Assembly (NCBI GenBank): GCA_004431415.1
Contig: QPMI01000161.1
Coordinates: 62,001 to 126,000, forward strand
DNA length: 64,000 bases
Direction of reading: 5' to 3'
From: Cyanophora paradoxa CCMP329
Taxonomy: Eukaryota > Plantae > Glaucophyta
In this document: positions 35,401 to 45,950 of the stretch, piece by piece
Layout: every line of letters starts with the position of its first letter
Position numbering within the stretch: the first letter of the stretch is position 1
Notes under the pieces: generated by a model
Database searches by the model: none
What the model saw: the letters and a program-made list of their open reading frames with translations, nothing else
Told to the model about the DNA's origin: nothing
Position numbers and translations under genes: made by a program

Positions 35401-36494
35401 CCCGAGAAGATGAATGACAACGTAGGTAAACAGGTTACCGATTTATCCAAGTATCAATGCTTTGTAATCGATGAGGTTTACCAGTTCCAGATTCGCGAAT
35501 TGGAGGCGTTGAGAGACATTATGACTATCCATTTTCCGGATAAGTTATACATCGTTACGGGTGACCCATTCCAGATTCCACCGATTCAATTTATCGATAT
35601 CGACCATCGCGACTACTACAACAAGATCTTTGACCGGTTGTTTAAGAATGAGGTTTACCTACAAGTCGGAAAGCGACACAAAGACCCCGAAGATCAGGTT
35701 AAAATAGATCAATTGAAACATGATCTATTCGTTACAAAAATGCGTGTTCCGGAGGCAGCGGCGCGGTTGGGTCTTGCAGTTGTGAATGAAATGGAAAAAG
35801 GCGACATTTCCATAGTTCAATCTAACCGCAAGTCCGCGCAAGTGAATAATGAAATGCACAGGATGCTTTACGGTGTTGACATGGTTTATAAGGAAGGCGT
35901 GCATTTGATTGCAAAGTATCAAATCACAACAAATGAGGGTATCATTTATCGCGGATTTGAATATGAAGTACCGAAAAGGTTCTTACGCTAAAAGACATCG
36001 ACAGCGAAGAAATCTATAATGCGAAGCCCGAAGACATCAAATATTTCGCATTATCGCATGGTTTCACTTGTTACAGCATTCAAGGTGACACTATCAGAGA
36101 TAAGCGGGTAGTTGTGTATCAGATGACCTCGCCATACATGACCGCTGAGAGTTTCTATGTTGCAGTTACGCGAACCGAAAGACTTTCTGACACTGTTATT
36201 TTCGTAGATGAGGACGAAAGACGGAGAGTGGGTATGGAGAAGGCAGAGTTTGCCGTTAAAATCAGATCACACAAGGCAGAAGACAAGAAGTGTAACCGTG
36301 AGTTTGACGCAGCAGATTACGTCGATTGGGAATGGAAGGGTTACCGCTTTGGTAAGCAGCATGGACGCTGTGGAAGGTGTGGCGATATTATGGATCCGGA
36401 AGATGCAACAGTAGACCGTTACAACAACGCAATCGCCCACATTAAGCCGAACTGTTTCTTATCTCATAATAGGTGTAATTGTGCAGCGCAGTAA
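32410..36494 (+). CDS. Replication fusion protein: vOTU-like + derived protein-primed PolB + SF1 helicase + HNH-like nuclease; frame break near 35970-35990
   Basis: DCLIEAL/NDHVY. PolB-like LDISKAY, KDISNHNIGK and IRTDE. SF1 GVKPGTGKT, IDEVYQ and GDPFQIPP. The -1 frame continues with HGFTCYSIQGDT and FYVAVTR (motifs V/VI), then CGRC...TVDRYNN..H..NC..HNRCN. Confidence 0.85.
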
Positions 36495-37456
36495 TGGATA
36501 ACATATTATCTTACAAGAAATACCGCCAGAAGTTGATAAACGATAAAGTGACATTTGATGAAGCAGAATTAAAGAAACGTTTTATAAATTCCGAAGTGCA
36601 TCAGATATTCAAGAAACCAAAGAAACCAAAGACATTTCTAAGAATTGTTGCTATGCCTTATTCCTTTCAGGTGGACATAATGAATTTTAAAGGATATCAA
36701 ACCGCGAATAATGGGATTTACAAGATGATAAGTTTTATTGATATATTGAGTCGGAAGGCTTTTGTGTATCCGTTTAAGAAAAATGAAGAAATCCGTAATA
36801 TTTTGAATAAGTTTAAGGTTGAGGCAGGTAAGGTTAATGGATTGGCGGGAGATCATGAGTTTAGCAGTGCGATGTATAAAGAATGGTGTGATGCTAACGG
36901 TGTGAGATTATATACAGATGTGGCGAAAGATGACCATGTAACCGTTGGAAATAAGTTAGGAATTATTGACAGATTCACACGGACATTTAAGCAATATTTG
37001 AGGAAGGCGATGACATCAAAGGGAACCACAAAATGGATAGATTTAATAGGTGAAGTTCTTTCGATTTACAATGGTTCACCTCATAGTTCCTTAAAAGATG
37101 ATTCACCCAATGCAGTATTTGCAAGTGATCAGAAACAGCTTTTTATACATCTACGTGATGTTGTGCATAACAAGCATGTGCAAGAGAAGGAAAAGAAGGA
37201 TACAGTAAAACCGGGTGATACTGTGCGAGTGTTGGAAGGTAAAAAAAGTGCGTTTGAGAAAGAAGGCGCGCGATTCAGTCAGAAGGTCTATAAAGTCGGA
37301 AGATCTGACGGGAATAGGTTTAAGGTGTTGGAGGATATGGACGGAGACGAGAAGGAGGTAAAGAGGCGCTTTAAGAAGCAAGAGTTACAGAAGGTGAGCG
37401 TGAAAGATGTAATTAAGATACCGTCGCAAAAACGAATAGAACGAGTAAAAAGGTAA
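36494..37456 (+). CDS. Retroviral-like (rve) integrase
   Basis: SFQVD, IDILSRKAFVYP, GDHEF, KLGIIDRFTRTFK, YNGSPHSSL and SH3-like KPGDTVRV...FEK...FSQKVYKV. ATG at 36494. Confidence 0.92.
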   Translation: MDNILSYKKYRQKLINDKVTFDEAELKKRFINSEVHQIFKKPKKPKTFLRIVAMPYSFQVDIMNFKGYQTANNGIYKMISFIDILSRKAFVYPFKKNEEIRNILNKFKVEAGKVNGLAGDHEFSSAMYKEWCDANGVRLYTDVAKDDHVTVGNKLGIIDRFTRTFKQYLRKAMTSKGTTKWIDLIGEVLSIYNGSPHSSLKDDSPNAVFASDQKQLFIHLRDVVHNKHVQEKEKKDTVKPGDTVRVLEGKKSAFEKEGARFSQKVYKVGRSDGNRFKVLEDMDGDEKEVKRRFKKQELQKVSVKDVIKIPSQKRIERVKR

Positions 37457-37547
37457 ATGCTGTGAATCAGAAGATGAAGAAGGAAGGGATTAAACCGAAT
37501 CGAAAAGTAACCGTGAGGAAGAAGTATAATTTAAGAAGTAGTGCAAA

Positions 37548-38044
37548 GGGTGTAATGTGAATCAATCGGAGATGTGGAAGTGTAACGGGTGTAACTGTGA
37601 ATGGTTTAGTGGTTGTTGTTTTTTATGGATTCAATCGATTAAATGGGTATTTCATCGATTGTCCGATGGTGAATTGTCGGGAATCTCTCGATTGTTGTAG
37701 GTTTCATCGGGAATCTCTCGATTAAATGGGTTTATTGGGTGGTGATATTTTCCGATTGTCGGGAATCGTAAAGTTGTTACTGAATGTCGTAAATAAAAGG
37801 CGCTAAAATTTGGGTGTAATGCGCTTGTTTTTTATGGATTCAATCGATTAAATGGGTATTTCATCGATTGTCCGATGGTGAATTGTCGGGAATCTCTCGA
37901 TTGTTGTAGGTTTCATCGGGAATCTCTCGATTAAATGGGTTTATTGGGTGGTGATATTTTCCGATTGTCGGGAATCGTAAAGTTGTTACTGAATGTCGTA
38001 AATAAAAGGCGCTAAAATTTGGGTGTAATGCGCATATGTCATGT
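37548..38044 (-). repeat. Right terminal inverted repeat (497 bp)
   Basis: Ends ...AATGCGCATATGTCATGT; reverse complement of 25860-26356 with no mismatch seen by eye. Confidence 0.95.
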
Positions 38045-40473
38045 AGTGCTCGGTCCAGGCGAGGGCGTCGAGGGCGAGCTCGAGGGCGGGGGCCTCGAGC
38101 GGGGCCTGCCAGGCCGCCCCGCAGGCCTCCTCGAGCTCGAGCGCCTCGAAGGGCGCAGAGCCGTGCGCCAAGTCGAGCCCCGCCGCCTCGAGCTCCCCCT
38201 CGGGCCCCCCCCACGTGTACGCTTCGAACGCCTCCCCGGCCTGATCAGCATCCCACGCGCCCCGTGAGCGGCGGGGGCGTCGGCGCGGGGTGGCGCAGGA
38301 GAGGGCGCACATCGGGCGCGGCGTCGGGCGCGTCGACGTCGGAGGAGGCGGCCGCCTCGTCGAGCTGGAGGCCCTTCAGGAGGCGCCCGCAGGCGCCGGC
38401 CCCGTACGCGCTCGCGAACATCTTGCTCCCCATGTCGCAGTTGTACGCCCGCAGGTTGTGCAGGTCCTGCGACCGCCCCGCCCCGCGCGCACCCGAACGT
38501 CGGCCGCAAGGCGAGAGGGGCACATGGGGAGGGGGGCGAGGTGGGCGAGAGCTCGAGGGGTAGGCATCGCCCACCCTCTCTCTCAGCTCCTAGCGGCGTC
38601 CCCGCCCCCTCTCACCTTGGCGTCGCCGTTGAGGACGAGGCCGGTCCTCAGGGCGCCCTTCCGCGCCCCGCTCTTGTCGTAGAAGCCCTCCCCTGAACCC
38701 CGGAGGTCAGAGCTCCCGGAGCGTAGGCTCGGGGTGCAGGTAGGTGGCTGACCGCGCTTGAGGACGGGGCAGCGGGAGGCCGGGGCGTCCCTGGGGCAGA
38801 GGATGGGCACGTCGCGTCCCACGTGCACGAGGGGCACGCCTGTGTGCGCCGCGTCGCCGTCGCCAGTCGTGAGGACGACGGTGCTCCCACCGACCTGCGC
38901 GGTGCTAAGGAGGGGCGGATGGGAGGAGCAGAGGGCGGAGGTGCGGATGCGGCGGACCCAGTCCGGGAAGGTGCCGTCCTTGGAGTAGTGGAGGACGCGG
39001 TCGAACGAGACGCGGTCCCTGCGCGCGCAATCTCCCTCAGAGGGAAGCCGATGCAAGCGGGGAAGGTCGAAGTGCCGGGGCCGGCAGGCAGGACAGGGAA
39101 GGGCGGGGCTGAGCGTGGCGCACCCGGCGGCGCTGGTGAGGTCGGCGAAGAAGCGCGCGAAGGCGGCGTCGCCGGCGGCCCACTGCCCGAACGTGACCGC
39201 CTTCAGGCCCTTCAGGTTGGGCAGCGAGGCCCGCCTCGCCCCGCCCTCGCCCCGCGCGTCGGAGCCGACGTCGCCCCCCGGCCCCTCGTGGAGCCTGCGG
39301 GCCTCCTGTGAGAGGGGCGGGGAGGGGGCGGCTGGCGATGGGAGAGGGGATCCGGAGGGTGCGGGGGCGCCTGGAGCGGAGGAGGGCCTCGACGAAGGCG
39401 AACTGGGCCATGGCGCCCCCCAGCGAGTGGCCCGTCACCGCCAGCTCCCAGCCCCCGGCCCCGGCGCACGCCGCGTCCACCGCCTCCAGCGCCCCCATCA
39501 CCTGGCCCTCGTACGCGCTCCTGAAGCTGGGGGGGGGGGGGGGGGAATGAGGGGGGATACAGTTACAGCTTGAAGGGACGCTTTCGGCGCACTGGTTCTG
39601 AAGGCCGCCGTGGAGGGTGCCGTAGCAGCCCTCGCCGAGGGCGCAGGGCGCCGGCGTGACGTCCGTGTTCGCCTCGAGCTCCCCCGGGCCGTTCGGCACC
39701 GTACCCCGGAAGGCCAGCACGAGCTTGCACTCCCTCGTTCCGTCGAGCTTGAACAGGGCGGCCCCGGTGGGGCCCTGGCCGTTCGAGAACGCGAACCCTG
39801 GCGCCACCTGCGGGGGCGGCCGGGGTCAGGGCCTCCAAACCGAAATCATAGCTAGCCGTACGCGTAGGAATCGTAGATCAATGTAGCTACAGCTATAGCT
39901 GAATTTGAACTGTCCACCAAAAGCCTAGAGAAATTGCTACATGGAAGCTCTTGAGTTTTAGACCTCGATCGGGCCTGGGGCGCACCGGGAGGTGGAAGAG
40001 CTTGAGGATGGTGTAGCGCTCGTCGCCGAGGCGCAGGGCGCGGGAGAGGTCCAGCCCCGAGGCCGCCTCCACGGCCTCCGCCGGCCCCGCCCCCGTCGCC
40101 ATCGCGTACTCCGCCCGGAAGATCCCGTACCTGCGCGGGGAGGGGTACAATGCACGCTCGATCGCGACGGCACCGGATCGGAAGTGGACTGGAGCCGGAT
40201 CCGGAGCGCACGCTGCCTCGCTGAACACCCCCATCTTTTCTATGAACTCCTTCTCCGCCGGGGCTGCCGGCGTGGTTGGCGTTGGAAGGGGCAGGGGCGG
40301 AAGGCGGGGCGCGCGGGGCGGGGTAGAAGCTCACTCAGGTCAACGGGAGCAACGGGAGTTCCACCGTCGGCGAGGGACTTCGGGGGTATCCAGTTCTAGG
40401 GGGGTACGCGTGAGGTAGGGGTACGGTTAGAGTACGCGGGCCGGCTCACCCCCACGAGCCTGGGCGCGTTCAT
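37986..40473 (-). CDS. Class 3 lipase (multi-exon); native stop codon interrupted by the PLV
   Basis: LVLAFRGT, LHGG, AVTGHSLGGAMA (GxSxG), VTFGQ and HNLRAY. The last exon ...LAWTEH runs into the right TIR. Confidence 0.85.
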
Positions 40474-41526
40474 GACGACGTCAGGCAGCCAGTTGCTCGC
40501 TGCCGCGAGGCTTGGGCGCGTGCGCGGAAGGCGAGGGGCTGGATTTGAGCGCGCACCCCCTAGCAATGTTGCCCGCAGGTCCAGAACCGCTGCGCGCGCG
40601 AATAAGGCGCGTGAGGTGCCGCGACGTCGACGCAGCCATGCCAGACACTCCGAGGCTCAGCCCCGGCCCACGAGCGCACTGCTTTTGAAATCCCTCGCCG
40701 CATCTTCGACCTTGTCGACAGCTGCGGCGGGCCCTCAGTTCGGGCAGCTGCAATGCGCTCGCGGGCGGGCTAGCCGTCCCGCTGCTGCCGTTGCAAGCGC
40801 GCCGCACACCTCTCGAGAAGAACCTCCGGGCCTGCGCGTCGCTCACGATAAGCTAATGGGAAATGGCGGGCGAGTCTTGGGCGAGCTGCCGACCTTGTCT
40901 TTGAGACCCATCAGCTGCAGGATCCCAGCTAATTATAAGCAGCCCAGCTGGCTTGCTGCACTGATCTAAGCGTTTCCGAGATGAAGGCAAGATCAGCCGC
41001 CACCCCGGACTACCAAGACAGCGACCAGGGCGGCGGCGGCCGAACTCGAAAGCTCGCCGGCGCCCGGCGGCCGCGCGCGGCGGCGTCCGAAGGTCGGGAC
41101 GCACGCGCGCGGCTCGCCGAAGTTGCAGGCTGCACCCTGCAGGCGGATCGATATCGAGCCTAGCTATAGTCCTCCTGGTGAACTCAACGCGGCGTTCGTT
41201 GCCAAGTTGGCCTGGGGTACCGCCATTGACGCCTCTTCACCAGCTACACACACGTACGTGCACAGCCGCCGGCGCGACCCACCTCAGCTGCTGAGCTGCG
41301 CATGCAACCGCGCTCCGTCAGTACTTGCTGCCCCCCGATGCGACCTCTCAGGTGCACTTCGAACTCCAACGCGTGGCGGCACGTGCACATGAGTTGAGAG
41401 GGATTGTCCTGGGGCCTAGCCTGTCTACCTGCCTGCCTGCCTGCCTGCCCAAGCACAGGCCTCGCTACAGCTAGCCTGCCTGCGACGGCGGCGTCGGCCC
41501 CCGGGGCCGAGGAGGGGCGGCCGGGC

Positions 41527-43032
41527 CTAGGGCTGGGCGGGGGGCGCCGGGGAGGGGGCGCGGGGGCCCTGGGCGCGGTCGCCGCCGAAGCCGAAGAAGA
41601 GGCGGGGCGGGGCGGAGGAGGCGTCGGCGTGGAGCGAGTTCCACTCCCGCAGCTGCCGCACGGGGAGCGAGTTCTCGACCACCGAGGGCCGCACCAGGGC
41701 CCGCGCCCGGGCGAAGTCCTCCGCCGTCACGGCCCGCATCGCGTCGGCCTCGTAGGGGGCGGCGGCCCCCGAGGCGAGCAGCTCGCGCACGGGCTCGTAC
41801 GCGGCCGCGATGCAGAGGTTCTTGAGGTCGGAGCCGGTATAGCCCTCGGTCGAGCGGGCGAGGGCCGGGACGTCGAAGCCGGGGGCGAGCGACTCGTCGC
41901 GGAGGAGGAGGGAGAGGATGGAGAGGCGCGCGTCGTAGTCGGGGACGTCGATGAGGACGCGCTTGGGCAGGCGCCGCAGCACGGCGTCGTCGAGGTCGAA
42001 GGGCCGGTTGGTGGCGGCGAGCACGACGACGCGCTCGCCCTCGGTCGAGCTGAAGCCGTCCCAGGCCGCCATCAGCTCGTTCTGGAGGCGGCGGCTGGCG
42101 TCGTGGTCCGCGGTGTGGCGCCGGCCCAGCAGCGAGTCGACCTCGTCGAAGAAGAGGACGCAGGGCTGCAGCTTGCGCGCCAGGCTGAAGATGGCGGCGC
42201 CGAACTTCTCGCTCTCGCCGAACCACTTGGAGGTGAGGCTCGAGGAGGAGACGTTGAGGAAGCAGGCGCCCGACTCCCGCGCGAGGGCCTTGGCCAGCAG
42301 CGACTTGCCCGTGCCCGGGGGCCCGAAGAGGAGGACGCCGCGGGTGGTCCGCCTGAGGTTGCCCCGCGCGAAGAGCTTCGGGTGCCGCAGCGGCAGGATC
42401 ACGATCTCGTGCAGGGCCGCCTTGGCCGCCTCCAGCCCCCCGATGTCCTCGAACCGCACCCCGCTGCGCGAGCCGTCGCCTCGGAGCAGGATACGGTAAC
42501 GCAAGGGGAGGCGCGGGGGGGGGGGGGGGGGGGGGGGGGGCCGAACGCGCACATGTCCTCGGGGCGGACGACGGAGGGGAGCAGCTGCTTCTCGGAGCTG
42601 TCCAAATGCGGGAGCACGCTCCGCAGCCTGCCGGATTTCAGGGAGGTCAAGGGGGTAGGGGGGTACGGGGGTAGAGGGGCCGCTGACCGCTCGTCGGAGG
42701 GGGCGCCGCTGCCGGGGCCGAGCTGGGGCGGGGCGGGGGCCATCGGGTGTCGGCCGCCGGAGAGGCCGAGGACGCGCTGGCCCAGCTCCCGCGCCCAGGC
42801 CGGCATCGGGGGGCCCTCCGGCCCCACGTCCGGCCTCCGCCCGCGTCCCACGAGCTCCTGCACGGCCGCCGTCGGTCAGGGGCGGCGAGGGCCGAGGCGC
42901 CGGAAAACGAAGGAAAGGAGGCGAGGAGGAGAAAGGGGCGGGGGCGGGATGTGTGTGGCCGGCTGAAATGGCCGACGGGCCAGAGGGAGGGGCCCGGCGG
43001 TAAAGTGAGGCGGCGTCTCTCTGGGACTCCAA
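41527..43032 (-). CDS. Msp1/ATAD1-like (meiotic clade) AAA+ ATPase
   Basis: VRFEDIGGL, ILPLRHPKLF, GPPGTGKS, TSKWFGESEK, FFDEVD, WDG, ATNRPFDLDDAVLRRLP, GYTGSDL. Confidence 0.9.
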   Translation of the reverse strand: MESQRDAASLYRRAPPSGPSAISAGHTHPAPAPFSSSPPFLRFPAPRPSPPLTDGGRAGARGTRAEAGRGAGGPPDAGLGAGAGPARPRPLRRPTPDGPRPAPARPRQRRPLRRAVSGPSTPVPPYPLDLPEIRQAAERAPAFGQLREAAAPLRRPPRGHVRVRPPPPPPPPPRLPLRYRILLRGDGSRSGVRFEDIGGLEAAKAALHEIVILPLRHPKLFARGNLRRTTRGVLLFGPPGTGKSLLAKALARESGACFLNVSSSSLTSKWFGESEKFGAAIFSLARKLQPCVLFFDEVDSLLGRRHTADHDASRRLQNELMAAWDGFSSTEGERVVVLAATNRPFDLDDAVLRRLPKRVLIDVPDYDARLSILSLLLRDESLAPGFDVPALARSTEGYTGSDLKNLCIAAAYEPVRELLASGAAAPYEADAMRAVTAEDFARARALVRPSVVENSLPVRQLREWNSLHADASSAPPRLFFGFGGDRAQGPRAPSPAPPAQP

Positions 43033-43529
43033 CTGAACCGGAGGCGCACAGCGCTGGCGCGCGGCCCGTCGCCGACGGGCAGTGTTGGCGTCCCGCCGCG
43101 GGAGCTAGGAGGGGGCGGCGAGGGGCGGCGAGGGGTGGGGAGTGTCGCCGAAGCGTATGACCGGCGGGCACGGGATCGGCCCAACGGTAAAGTGAGTTCG
43201 GCTGGTCTTCTCCCGCGCCTTTTGACCCGAACGGCGACCGAAGACGCGCCGAGCGGGCTTCGAAACGCGGGATGAAATAGGGAGCTGGGGGCTAGAGGAG
43301 GGAGCTAGCGGTGGTGTGTAGCGGAGCTGTATAACCGACGCCCCTCGAGGCGGGCGGCGGGCAAGTTAGTCCGCGTGGCTCTGGAATACACTTTGACCCG
43401 TGCCGCGCACCCCGGGGCGAGCCCCGGTAGCGGACAGGCTTCGAAGTATTCCGTCCCGTCCCAAAGAAACGAAAGGCGAAAGAAGAAAGCGGAAAAGGCG
43501 AAGCACATGGAAGAACGAACGAACCGTGA

Positions 43530-45450
43530 GGGCGATCCAGAAGCGGAGCGGGAAGGGCTGGGGCGCGGAAGAAGAAGAGGAGGAGGAGGAAGGGGAGGAG
43601 GCGGCGGCGCGCTTGTGGAAGGCCTGGGCGGAGGTGTAGGCCATGAGGACGAGGCGCTTGGCGTCGTCCTCGTCGAGGACGAAGCTGCCGAGCTTGGCGC
43701 GCAGGCCCGGCAGCTGCGTCGCCTCGTCCCGCCCCAGCTCCTCGTACCGCGGCCCCAGCGGCCGCAGCACGCTCTGCCCCCGACGCCCCTCAGCGGCGCT
43801 CGCGCCAGCGGCGCTCGACCCATCTGAGCGAGCGAGCTCACCCGGATGAGGTGGAGGTTCTGCTGCGCGATCTCCTCCTTCTCGTCCCGCGCGAGCCGAT
43901 CCGCCCAGCGCGCCGCCCGCTCGGGGCCCAGCGGGGGGAGGACGGCGACCTCCTGCGGGCAGAGCTGCCGCTGCGCGCGGCACGCGACGAGCGCCTCAGC
44001 AAGCGCTCGCGCCGCCCACGGAGGAGGAAGGAAGGAGGGGACCTGGAGGTTCGTGATGAGGGCCTCGGAGCGGTTGGAGCGGCGCTGCCGCCACCCCTCC
44101 TCCTCCTCCAGCTCGTCCTCCAGGTCGCCCACCTCCTGCACGCGCCCCGGCCACCATCACCACCGCCGCCGCCGAGAGGCGAGGCGCGGGGGTAGAGCGC
44201 ACATAGGGCTCGTCGTCGTCGTCGTCGTCGTCCTCGTCGTCGTCCTCGTGCTGGAGGGAGGACGAGGCGGGGCGCGTCAAGCGGGGCGCAGGGGTGCGAG
44301 TGGGGGGCGGGAGGGCAAGGGGACGAGCCTCCTGGGCGGAGAATTGCATGCGCTGCTCGTGGTCGGAGAAGGTGGCGCTCCCGACGACCATCACCCGCCA
44401 GTTCTGCCCGGCCTCGACGCCGGCGCGTGCCTCCAGCTCCCTCAGCGCCTCCTGCATCCGCCTCCGCCCGGACTCGAGCAGCTGCTCCCGCGGCCGCTTC
44501 CCCTCCGGCTTCCCCTCCGCCTTCTCCGGCTTGACCAGGCGGCCCTTCTTCGGCACGAGCCGCGGGCCCTTCTCCGCCTTCTCCGCCTTTTCGCCGCCGC
44601 CAGCGGCCGCCGCCCCCGCCGCAGGGGCGGCCGAGTCCGCCGGGGCCTTCTCAGCGGCCAGCACGAGGGCGGGGCGCTCCCCCGGCCGCTGCGCCGTCGC
44701 CTCCTCGAGCGCCCTGCGAGCCGCCGAGGTCGGCCGCGGCGCGCGCGAGCAAGGAAGGAAGGAGAAGAAGGGCGGACCGGAGGAAGAGGTGGAACTTCTC
44801 GGCGTGGGACTGGTTGAGGAGCGTGCGGGAGAGGCACCCGTTGCCGATGAAGAGCACGGCCGGCGTGATCGACGGGTGCGCGTCGGCGGCCGCCGGCTTG
44901 GCGGCGCGGTGCTCAACGACCGACTCGAATATCTTGGAGAGGAGGAAGTCCTCGAAGGCCTGGTCCCACGGCGGCTTGAAGTTGCTGTCGTCCGCGCCGA
45001 ACAGCGTCTGGCTGGCGATGCCGGCCGTCGCCTCCGCCTCCGCCGCAGCGGCGGTCTCCTCCGCGGCCGGAGGCGGGGCGGGGCCGCCCTCGTTCACGGC
45101 CGCCTTCAGCGCAGAAGGCACGTCCTGCCCGGGCAGGGCCGCGGCGCGCGCGGACGTGGATCTCCTGCGCTTCTCCTGCTGCTGTTTGAAGTGATCGAGG
45201 TCGTATTGGGACGGGTCGTTGACGAAGGCAGCGCCGTGAACCGACGCCACCGCCTCCGCGAGGCGCCGCATGTACAGGTGCGAGCCATCGGGGCCCCTGA
45301 TGCAGACACCGAAGCCGAGGGAGTTGAGAAGGGCACCGATGCCGCGGAGCTCGTCGTCTGACAGCGGCTGCAGGCGCGCCGATGCTATGGAATCCAGCAG
45401 GTGCTCAATGTGCTCGTTGTTGCTATTGGCGTACTCTTCCGCAATTGCTA
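43530..45450 (-). CDS. Hypothetical protein (multi-exon)
   Basis: Coding-like exons (e.g. 44651-45271) with splice signals; no family recognised. Confidence 0.35.
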
Positions 45451-45950
45451 CAAACTCCGGATGCCGCGGCCGCGTGAAGTGATGATCGCCGTCGGGAGCG
45501 GCCGCAGGCGAAGCGGCAGGAGGCTCGTTTGGCGGTGCGGGAGGTATTGCCGCTGAGCCGTATCGCCTCCTGTGGTGTATCCAACTCGCCGCGACGGTTG
45601 AACGCGCTCGCCTGTGCCTCGACCCGGCGAGGGCGGAGCCATCTGCGGAAGCGCGTCAGCAGGCCGGCTCGTTCGACGAAGCCGATCACGGGATGAGGTC
45701 TTCTCACCGTTCGTGTGCGCGATTGGAGCGCGTCGCGGGCTTTCTAGGGGCACGCGCGCGGGCGGCAGGCCATCACGCGAGTGGGCGGGCTGAACGCTTC
45801 GAAGCAGCCTCAGGTGCTTCAGCGTCACCCTCGCGTCGAGCCCGTGGGCCCTTCGAATCGCCAGCATCGAGCCTGCCTGTTTGCCGGTACCCCCTACCGA
45901 GCTGACCCCCCAGCCGTCGAGGGCAGCTCCAGCTGCAGTGACTCGGCACG

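Larger units (their letters stand above)
25860..38044. mobile_element. Endogenous Polinton-like virus (PLV), 12,185 bp
   Basis: Abrupt switch to AT-rich intronless DNA; 497-bp TIRs; 5-bp TSD AGTGC (25855-25859 and 38045-38049); packaging ATPase, capsid-like genes, PolB-helicase fusion and rve integrase. Confidence 0.95.

Noticed and set aside
25860-38044. Bacterial contamination or prophage; canonical Polinton; virophage
   Set aside because: The TSD and the reconstructable host stop codon indicate real integration. There is no adenain protease, no canonical DTD/exonuclease PolB, and the capsid candidate is shorter than typical virophage MCPs.
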